64,000 bases of DNA from an uncultured Gammaproteobacteria bacterium (lineage in GTDB: Bacteria > Patescibacteriota > Patescibacteriia > UBA9934), in assembly GCA_964401485.1 (NCBI GenBank), contig CAYNYL010000006.1, forward strand, positions 4,208 through 68,207. The letters are read 5' to 3'. A program made the position numbers and the translations under genes. Within the stretch, counting starts at the first letter, position 1. Every line of letters begins with the position of its first letter. This document shows positions 57,717 to 64,000 of the stretch, piece after piece. The notes under the pieces are model-generated. The model was not told the origin of the DNA. It worked only from the letters and a program-made list of their open reading frames with translations, and did no database searches.

Positions 57717-58594
57717 ACAGCAATCTCAAATTCAATTTTCGGGTGGCATTGATAATTAAGAATCCGCGTATCCGTATAATTCCACGCAAAGATCGACGCG
57801 AAGTTATCCGTTTCGATCGTCGGGAGCGGGAAGGCACTCGCCTCACGAGACAACTGCTCGCGTGCGCCGACAACGTGATTCTCGTAAATATGAACGTCCG
57901 CTAAAAATCCGACGAGTTTTCCTGGGGTAAATCCCGTTTCTTTTGCGAGCAAGTGAAGAAGGAGCGCGTAGCTAGCGATATTAAACGGAAGTCCAAGCAT
58001 CGTATCAACGGACCGCTGATTCCACAAAAGATTAATCTTTCCGTCGATCACCGTTACCTGAAAGCCATAATGACACGGCGGAAGCGCAACCTCTTCGAGC
58101 ACGGACGGATTCCATGCCATTACGATCATCCTACGATCCCGCGGATTCGTCTTTAATTTATGAACGAGCTTCTTTAACTGGTCGACGCCTTTTCCTTCGT
58201 AGTTCGTAAAAAACTGGTCATAAGGCGCGTTATAGTGACGCCACTGAAATCCGTAGATTGGACCAAGCTCGCGCGCCTCTAGCATGCGCTTCTTCGACTC
58301 CTCGTCGTGTCCGTACGGCGCAACCTTTGGGCTCGCCCACTCGTCCCAAATATGGTTGTTGCGATCAATAAGCCATTGTTTATCGGTAATCCCCTTAATA
58401 AAAAACTCGAGTTCGGAAGCGATCAGGCGAAACGGGACTTTCTTTGTCGTGAGGAGCGGAAATCCCTCCGCCATATCATGCTCAAACATCGCTCCAGCCG
58501 TCGTAAACGCCTTAACTCCGGTTCGTGTCTCAACAAGCACCCCCTGATCAAGAATCCGCTTCACAATATCCAAGTAGGCTTTCATATCCCCCAA
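57713..58594 (-). CDS. thyA: Thymidylate synthase (ThyA type)
   Basis: RTGVKAF, LPPCHYGFQVTV (catalytic Cys), ASYALLLHLLA; 293 aa. Overlaps the folA start by 4 nt. Confidence 0.95.
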   Translation of the reverse strand: MGDMKAYLDIVKRILDQGVLVETRTGVKAFTTAGAMFEHDMAEGFPLLTTKKVPFRLIASELEFFIKGITDKQWLIDRNNHIWDEWASPKVAPYGHDEESKKRMLEARELGPIYGFQWRHYNAPYDQFFTNYEGKGVDQLKKLVHKLKTNPRDRRMIVMAWNPSVLEEVALPPCHYGFQVTVIDGKINLLWNQRSVDTMLGLPFNIASYALLLHLLAKETGFTPGKLVGFLADVHIYENHVVGAREQLSREASAFPLPTIETDNFASIFAWNYTDTRILNYQCHPKIEFEIAV

Positions 58595-58681
58595 ACCTTA
58601 ACACGCCTATTTCCTTGATTTTAGAGCCCTTGGGGATATCTAATTTTTCAGGGTTCTCTGGCATTGATACCGTGCAGTCGT

Positions 58682-59113
58682 ATGAAGCTTCCGGTTAAGC
58701 GCCTTGTAAAACACGCCGTCCTTCCCGCCTACCAGACCTCGGGGTCGGCCGCCTTTGATTTAGCGATTATTGAAGATATCGCGATTCCGCCTCGAGGGAT
58801 CGTTAAAGTTCGGACAGGGCTTGTTATCCAAACACCACCGGGACATGTGCTTATTTTGGCGTCCCGCTCATCAAACCCGATGAAGAAAGGGATTGATCTT
58901 GCAAATTCGATTGGGGTGATCGATAGCGACTATCGCGGGCCGGAGGACGAGATCCTTCTAGTCCTCGTTAACTTAACGGAGGCGGAAGTGCGACTCGAGA
59001 AAGGTGACCGCGTCGCACAAGGGATGATTATTCCGGTCGTACAGGCGGAGATTACCGAAATCCTCGCGATTGAAGAGCCGTCGCGCGGAGGATTTGGAAC
59101 AACGGGAAGATAG
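58682..59113 (+). CDS. dut: dUTP diphosphatase. Likely start MKLPVKRL at 58682.
   Basis: YQTSGSAAFDL, RSSNPMKKGIDLANSIGVIDSDYRG and GDRVAQ match dUTPase motifs I-IV. Confidence 0.9.
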   Translation: MKLPVKRLVKHAVLPAYQTSGSAAFDLAIIEDIAIPPRGIVKVRTGLVIQTPPGHVLILASRSSNPMKKGIDLANSIGVIDSDYRGPEDEILLVLVNLTEAEVRLEKGDRVAQGMIIPVVQAEITEILAIEEPSRGGFGTTGR

Positions 59114-59114
59114 T

Positions 59115-59822
59115 ATGAAAGGGAAATTTATCATGGTTGACGGAATTACGGGGAGCGGAAAATCGACCGTGTTTCGGTTTATGCAGGAAATGCTCCGGTG
59201 CAACAAAAGCGCCGTGACAAAAGAGTGGTTTAAGGCAAATGGACGACCGCCAAAGATTTCAGACTTTCCGGAGGAGCAAATTCTCTTTACGTGCGAACCA
59301 ACGTATTGGTGGGTTGGCGCGTCGATTCGAGACGAACTCTCGCACCATCCCGACCGCTACTTCGCCCCACTTCTCGCGCAGGCCTTTTCGCTCGATCGCT
59401 ACCTCCAATATCAAACACTGATTATTCCGGCCATCGACGTCGGTAAAACGATTATCCAAGAGCGCGGATTTACGAGTTCCGTGATTATCCAGCCGATAAT
59501 GAAGCATGGGCCGACGCTTGAAGAACTCCTCGCCCTTCCCGGAAATGCCGAGGCGCTCAAGAATCCTCCCGATCACTTCATTTTCCTCGACCTTGACCCA
59601 GACGTTGCCGCCGAACGCCTAAAGCTCCGCGACACCGAAAACAAAGGCGTTTTCGAGCAAACCGAGATCCTCCGCGCAACCGCCGAACGATTCCGCGCCC
59701 CTTGGTTCCGAGAACTTCTTACTTCGCGCGGGACAAAAATCCACACACTCAACGCAAATCAACCGCTCGATATGATTAAAAGCGATCTCTTTGGTATAAT
59801 GAAGGAAATTTTTTCCCTATGA
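59115..59822 (+). CDS. tmk: Thymidylate kinase-like (dTMP or deoxynucleoside monophosphate kinase)
   Basis: P-loop MKGKFIMVDGITGSGKST at the N-terminus, in dNK/TMK-fold context immediately after dut. Specificity is uncertain. Confidence 0.65.
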   Translation: MKGKFIMVDGITGSGKSTVFRFMQEMLRCNKSAVTKEWFKANGRPPKISDFPEEQILFTCEPTYWWVGASIRDELSHHPDRYFAPLLAQAFSLDRYLQYQTLIIPAIDVGKTIIQERGFTSSVIIQPIMKHGPTLEELLALPGNAEALKNPPDHFIFLDLDPDVAAERLKLRDTENKGVFEQTEILRATAERFRAPWFRELLTSRGTKIHTLNANQPLDMIKSDLFGIMKEIFSL

Positions 59823-60700
59823 AAACGCTTCCAAGCATTGGTTCGCTCCTTGATCGCTCCTTCGAGCTCTATTTTAAGAATATCCGAACGTTTATTTCGA
59901 TTTCCCTCCTCTATTTCGTGGCTTCCATCCCCTTTATTATCGGTACGGTTCTCGCTCCGGGAAAAGATATCGCCTTCCTGGTTGCTAACGGGCTCGTCTC
60001 TCCTGTCGAAAAAATTGGACTCGCGCTAAATGGGATCACAACGATTGTCACGGTTCTCGTTCTATCCCTCCTCGTAACAATCGGCGTGATAATCGCAAGC
60101 AAGCGCCTTCTTGAAAATAAATCGGCAGACAAAAAAGAGGTTCTTGCCGAAGGAGTAAGAAGCGGGGTAAACGTGATTCTTGTTAAGCTGTACCAATTTT
60201 TCTTAACAATGGTGCCACTTATCGCAATCGCTCCGGGAGGGCTCCTTATAACACTCGCCGTAAACCGTGGCGTTGGCCTCCTCTCGCTCGTTGGAGTATT
60301 CCTGTACTTCTTCGGGCTCATCATTGCCATCGCGGGTATTTTGTATATCGGTGTTCACCTCCAATTCGGTCAATTTCTCACCATCCTTTCAAAGCAAGGT
60401 CCCGTTGAGGCCCTTATCAGTTCACGAAACCTTGTGCGGGGTCGACTCCTTGCAACAATCCTCCGACTCATTGTTCCAAAAACGATTATCTTCACCGGCT
60501 TCTTTATTAGTCAGCTTATTGCTTTCGTTCTTCTCACGATTCTCTTCTTCTACCTCCCGTTTGAATCAACAGATGTCGTCTCAAAAATCGCGGACATTAT
60601 TGCGCACCTTCTTCGAATGGCTCTCCTTGTCATTTGGTTCCCACTCTTTACGGTGACCGATACGATCCTCTTCAATGATCTCGAAGATACTCGATTCTAG
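59819..60700 (+). CDS. Hypothetical polytopic membrane protein (293 aa)
   Basis: Six or seven predicted TM helices; no family recognised. Confidence 0.45.
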   Translation: MKTLPSIGSLLDRSFELYFKNIRTFISISLLYFVASIPFIIGTVLAPGKDIAFLVANGLVSPVEKIGLALNGITTIVTVLVLSLLVTIGVIIASKRLLENKSADKKEVLAEGVRSGVNVILVKLYQFFLTMVPLIAIAPGGLLITLAVNRGVGLLSLVGVFLYFFGLIIAIAGILYIGVHLQFGQFLTILSKQGPVEALISSRNLVRGRLLATILRLIVPKTIIFTGFFISQLIAFVLLTILFFYLPFESTDVVSKIADIIAHLLRMALLVIWFPLFTVTDTILFNDLEDTRF

Positions 60701-60719
60701 GGCGATTCCATTACAAACA

Positions 60720-61292
60720 ATGCTCTTCATCTTTGCATTGGCGTATTTTTATAGTGGCATCAGCTTTTCCCCTTCAATCGCCCTTCCGCTCAAACTACTC
60801 TTCGGTGGCCTCTTTATACTCGGACTCATCGTCGCGCATCTCGTCATTGTACAAGACCTCCGTGTCCCAAGCACAAAAGGAATCCTCCTTGGGCTCCTAA
60901 CCCTTGCCGTCCTCACCGTGTTTATCCTCACGGGCCTTGTCTTTTTCATTGTACCCGGAGTAATTCTCACCCTACTTCTCTTTCCGGTACCAGCCCTCGC
61001 CTCAAGCTCCAAACTCACGCCCGCAAAGGCGACAATCGTGCAACTTCGAACACTGAAGGGTGCGCTCATCTCAACCATTGCTAGACGCTCCCTCCTCTTT
61101 GCCGGCATCGCCCTTGGCTTCATTCTATTTTTCACCTCAGCCCTCCTCCTTCTTGCCCACGGGAATATCCCCTCGGCCTTTCTTGCCATTTCCCGTCCAT
61201 CAATGATCCACGAATTTATAGGCCTTTTTTACACAATTCTTCTTCTCCCATTCTATTCGGATTACGTCCGAAAAATCTTGCGAAACTCGTAG
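60720..61292 (+). CDS. Hypothetical polytopic membrane protein (about 190 aa)
   Basis: Four or five TM helices. The ORF opens at 60675, but the likely start is MLFIFALAYF at 60720. Confidence 0.4.
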   Translation: MLFIFALAYFYSGISFSPSIALPLKLLFGGLFILGLIVAHLVIVQDLRVPSTKGILLGLLTLAVLTVFILTGLVFFIVPGVILTLLLFPVPALASSSKLTPAKATIVQLRTLKGALISTIARRSLLFAGIALGFILFFTSALLLLAHGNIPSAFLAISRPSMIHEFIGLFYTILLLPFYSDYVRKILRNS

Positions 61293-61315
61293 AATTGCGG
61301 TACAGTCGGGTCATT

Positions 61316-62788
61316 ATGCGACTCTCTCCTGTTATCGGGCTCGAAACCCATATTCAGCTCAAAACCAAGAGCAAACTCTTCTCTGGCGCTCAAAACGCCG
61401 TAGATGACGCAGAACCAAATGCGCACATTAGCGCGATTGATCTTGGACATCCAGGAACCCTTCCTGTACCAAACGCACAGGCGATCGAATGGGCGGTACG
61501 TCTTAGCCTTGCACTCAACGGAGAAATCGCAACGATTTCGAAATTCGATCGAAAGCACTACTTTTACCCTGACCTTCCAAAGGCCTACCAGATTTCCCAG
61601 TTCGACGCCCCAATCATGCAAAATGGGTGGCTCGAAATTGACGTACCTGGCCATACCAATCCGGTAAAAATCCGAATTGAGCGACTCCATCTTGAAGAAG
61701 ACGCCGCCAAAAACATCCACGGTGCGGACGGAAAGAGTTACGTCGATTATAATCGCGCTGGCGCCCCACTTTGCGAAATCGTCACAAAGCCTGACTTTAG
61801 AAATTCCGCGGAAGCAAAAGCCTACCTCCAAGAGCTTCGACTTATTGCACGAACGCTCGGAGTTTCGGATGCGGATATGGAAAAGGGTCAGCTTCGTTGC
61901 GACGTCAACATTTCATTGCGCGAAGTAGACGAGAACGGCGTACCGGTAAGCGATGTACTCCACCCAAAAACAGAGATCAAGAACGTTAACTCGTTCCGCA
62001 ACGTTGAACGCGCGATCGAGTATGAAATTAAGCGACAGACCGAACTTTGGGAAAAGGGTGCGATCCCTTCCGTAACAACGACTCGCGGATGGAATGATGA
62101 AAAGCAAGCAACGGAACTCCAACGTGAAAAAGAGGGTTCCGCAGACTACCGTTATTTCCCTGAACCAGACATTCCACCAATGGATCTTCGCGAACTTGAA
62201 CGCGATCTTAAGCGCACCCTTCCGGAGCTCCCTCGCGCAAAACGAGAACGATTTGTTACGGAGTACGGGCTTAAACCGGAAGATGCGAAACAATTTGTCG
62301 ACGAACCAGCTCTTGCGACATTTGTTGAGCGCGTCTATTCAGAGCTTCAAACCTACGAGAAAAATGATGCCTATACAAAACTTGTTCCAAGTTGGATTTT
62401 AAACAAACTCCAGGGGCTTCTCGCAGATCGAGGCGCAAGCGTCGAAACAATGAAGCTCACGCCGGAAAACTTCGCCGAATTTCTCTCTCTCCTTGCAACC
62501 GGAGCAATCACTGGGCCAACTGGTCTAAAAGTACTTGAGAAAATGCTCGAGGACGGATCGGATCCAAGCCACGTTGTTGAATCCCTCGGCGCGAAACGTA
62601 TCGATAGCGTAGACGCGCTCGAGTCCGTAATTGACGGAGTCCTTGCGGAAAACCCGAAAGAAGTTGAACGCTACAAGGCAGGCGAGAAGAAACTCCTCCA
62701 ATTCTTCCTTGGCCAAGTAATGAAAGAAACGCGCGGGAACGCCGATCCGGAACTCACGGCAAAACTCCTCTCCGACAGACTCGCCTAA
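61316..62788 (+). CDS. gatB: Asp-tRNA(Asn)/Glu-tRNA(Gln) amidotransferase subunit B. Likely start MRLSPVIGLE at 61316.
   Basis: VIGLETHIQL, HYFYPDLPKAYQISQ, C-terminal YqeY-like GatB domain (LQFFLGQVMKETRGNADP). Confidence 0.9.
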   Translation: MRLSPVIGLETHIQLKTKSKLFSGAQNAVDDAEPNAHISAIDLGHPGTLPVPNAQAIEWAVRLSLALNGEIATISKFDRKHYFYPDLPKAYQISQFDAPIMQNGWLEIDVPGHTNPVKIRIERLHLEEDAAKNIHGADGKSYVDYNRAGAPLCEIVTKPDFRNSAEAKAYLQELRLIARTLGVSDADMEKGQLRCDVNISLREVDENGVPVSDVLHPKTEIKNVNSFRNVERAIEYEIKRQTELWEKGAIPSVTTTRGWNDEKQATELQREKEGSADYRYFPEPDIPPMDLRELERDLKRTLPELPRAKRERFVTEYGLKPEDAKQFVDEPALATFVERVYSELQTYEKNDAYTKLVPSWILNKLQGLLADRGASVETMKLTPENFAEFLSLLATGAITGPTGLKVLEKMLEDGSDPSHVVESLGAKRIDSVDALESVIDGVLAENPKEVERYKAGEKKLLQFFLGQVMKETRGNADPELTAKLLSDRLA

Positions 62789-62795
62789 ATTGACA

Positions 62796-62842
62796 AAGAG
62801 CGTACCTATGGCATAGTGGCTATAGATACGCTCTTTTGTTTT
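62796..62842 (+). terminator. Rho-independent terminator after gatB (10-bp stem, long loop)
   Basis: aaagagcgta ... tacgctcttt perfect 10-bp stem followed by TTGTTTT. Confidence 0.7.
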
Positions 62843-62844
62843 GG

Positions 62845-62923
62845 GGGTGGTCTTCCCGCATCAAGCGAGGGGAATCGAGGAGAGGAAGATAGCGCATACG
62901 CCTGTTGCAAAGAAGGCCACCCC
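62845..62923. repeat. 12-bp inverted repeat GGGGTGGTCTTC / GAAGGCCACCCC with a 55-nt spacer, followed by a second hairpin gcccgc-N13-gcgggc (62948-62972)
   Basis: Seen directly in the gatB-miaA convergent intergenic region. Confidence 0.5.
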
Positions 62924-62971
62924 TATCACATTTGTTCTATCCCGTTTGCCCGCCAGCCTCTGCTGTGCGGG

Positions 62972-63682
62972 CTATTCTTTTAGAAAATCGGTTGCGAGAG
63001 CGATTGCTTCTTGCGTTCCGGCCACAACCTTGGCGTCCCCGTGATGTCGCCACCAAGTCCACTGACGCTTCGCGTAATGCCTCGAATCGCGCTTCATTTG
63101 TCGCACCGCTTCGTCAAATGGAATCTCGCCTCGAATATAGCGCACAAACTGCCGGTAACCGATACCCGTCATGCTTGGGATATCCGATCCGTATGCCTCA
63201 TACACTCGTCGCACCTCTTCTTCGAATCCCGACGCAATCATCGCGTCAACGCGCTCGTCTACGCGTGCGTATAGCGTCTCACGCTCCATTCCAGTCATAA
63301 GCGTCAACACCTCGTATTTTTTCTCTCCAACAGATTTCGTTGCGAAATCGTAATTATCGGTTAACGCTGACAAGTAGAGTCCCGTCCCCCCAACGACGAT
63401 CGGGACATGACCACGCGCCACAATCTCCTCAATCGTCCGTTCAGCAAACTGCTTAAAATCAAATACGGTCCAAGGTTCGTTTGGAAGCACCAAATCAAGG
63501 CCATGGTGTGGAACATCTCCCTGCTCGTCCTTTGTTACCTTAGCAGTCCCGATATCCATCCCCCTGTAGACGGTGCGCGAATCCGCAACAACAATTTCAC
63601 CGCCGACAGCTCTCGCGAGCTCGATCGAAAGCGCCGTCTTTCCACTTCCCGTAACTCCCGCAATTACAATAATCTTCTGCAT
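62972..63682 (-). CDS. miaA: tRNA dimethylallyltransferase
   Basis: P-loop IVIAGVTGSGKTALSIELA and DSRTVYRGMDIGTAK match the MiaA core. Confidence 0.85.
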   Translation of the reverse strand: MQKIIVIAGVTGSGKTALSIELARAVGGEIVVADSRTVYRGMDIGTAKVTKDEQGDVPHHGLDLVLPNEPWTVFDFKQFAERTIEEIVARGHVPIVVGGTGLYLSALTDNYDFATKSVGEKKYEVLTLMTGMERETLYARVDERVDAMIASGFEEEVRRVYEAYGSDIPSMTGIGYRQFVRYIRGEIPFDEAVRQMKRDSRHYAKRQWTWWRHHGDAKVVAGTQEAIALATDFLKE

Positions 63683-63703
63683 ACACGTTGCTCTTTTTTC
63701 GAG

Positions 63704-64000
63704 CTACGCGTGCTTCACTTCATCAAGAAGCTTCTCTTGAGAAACAATTCGCTCCTCTCCGCCAAACACCGTGATTCGTAGTGGCTCACCAGCAATCTCT
63801 TTTTCTCCAATGACAATGCTCCAAGGAATCTTTGCCATCGCCGAATTTCGAATCTTCTTTCCAACACCTTCGTTTGACGCATCTACCGTTGCACGAATTC
63901 CCGCCTCTTCAAGCTTCGCGAGTAGACCCTTCGCAAATCCCTCAAACTGATCGGAGACCGTGATAAGACGAATCTGCTCCGGCGCAAGCCAAAATGGGAA
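63704..64000 (-). CDS. Partial CDS (C-terminal ~98 aa only): class-II aminoacyl-tRNA synthetase anticodon-binding domain, most like threonyl-tRNA synthetase
   Basis: Hand translation of the minus strand gives FPFWLAPEQIRLITVSDQFEGFAKGLLAKLEEAGIRATVDASNEGVGKKIRNSAMAKIPWSIVIGEKEIA...DEVKHA, stop TAG at 63704-63706. This resembles the ThrS/ProS/HisS-type C-terminal domain. Confidence 0.5.
   Translation of the reverse strand, partial: FPFWLAPEQIRLITVSDQFEGFAKGLLAKLEEAGIRATVDASNEGVGKKIRNSAMAKIPWSIVIGEKEIAGEPLRITVFGGEERIVSQEKLLDEVKHA

Noticed and set aside
62845-62923. Possible tRNA (7-bp acceptor-like pairing GGGGTGG...CCACCCC)
   Set aside because: The element is 80 nt between the stem ends with no D-arm, no anticodon arm and no GTTCRANYC T-loop. 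It is better described as a long inverted repeat.

Overview
This is a 64-kb bacterial chromosomal segment. The backbone is about 50% GC and tightly packed, with many 1-4 nt gene overlaps. It cannot be assigned to a taxon from sequence alone; it could be an uncultivated monoderm or CPR-like lineage. Housekeeping genes present: mraY (partial, runs off the left edge), a NifU-like gene, rpmA, alr, pyrG, rplI, a NUDIX hydrolase, ctpA, rfbB-rfbC-rfbD, a HIT gene, rpmE-prfA-prmC, L25/Ctc, rodA/ftsW, gyrB, secE-nusG, rplK-rplA, a complete dTTP-synthesis cluster (dcd, dCMP deaminase, folA, thyA, dut, tmk), gatB, miaA and a partial class-II aaRS at the right edge. Five accessory modules interrupt this backbone.
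(1) A low-GC island (about 38-40%) at 5.1-7.9 kb. It encodes an apparently complete, cleavage-competent LexA repressor fused in-frame to a Dcm-type C5-cytosine DNA methyltransferase. About 105 bp upstream lies a perfect Firmicutes-type SOS (Cheo) box, CGAACATTTGTTCA, embedded in a larger palindrome. A 361-aa candidate restriction endonuclease follows tail-to-tail with a 4-bp gap. This is the most unusual feature in the window: an SOS-wired restriction-modification module.
(2) An envelope glycosylation locus of about 11 kb at 14.7-25.0 kb. It contains a UXS-like epimerase, two GT2 genes (one DPM1/GtrB-like), a DUF2304/GtrA-like gene, a GT1, a GT4 and two large polytopic GT-C-like membrane proteins. 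The rfbBCD genes lie next to it.
(3) Three neighbouring secreted proteins share a roughly 130-aa domain that I do not recognise: an S8 subtilase (C-terminal copy), a 522-aa Thr/Ser-rich protein (C-terminal copy) and a 1411-aa giant Ig-like surface protein (N-terminal copy). The two C-terminal copies end in the same ...MKKRTSL(A)K tail.
(4) An ECF sigma factor / anti-sigma pair sits directly upstream of the giant surface protein, with a 20-bp palindrome in the intervening promoter region.
(5) A strongly GC-rich island (about 65%) at 37.5-43.8 kb encodes two giant lipoproteins built from roughly 12-15 tandem MopE-type putative metal-binding repeats. The long Arg-rich ORFs on the opposite strand there are compositional artefacts.
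Other observations: an HTH_17/excisionase-like gene translationally coupled to a DUF1704 protein with an HEIEGH zincin motif; insertion of two hypothetical genes between secE-nusG and rplK-rplA; and a structured inverted-repeat region between gatB and miaA. No rRNA, tRNA, CRISPR array, transposase or integrase was recognised.
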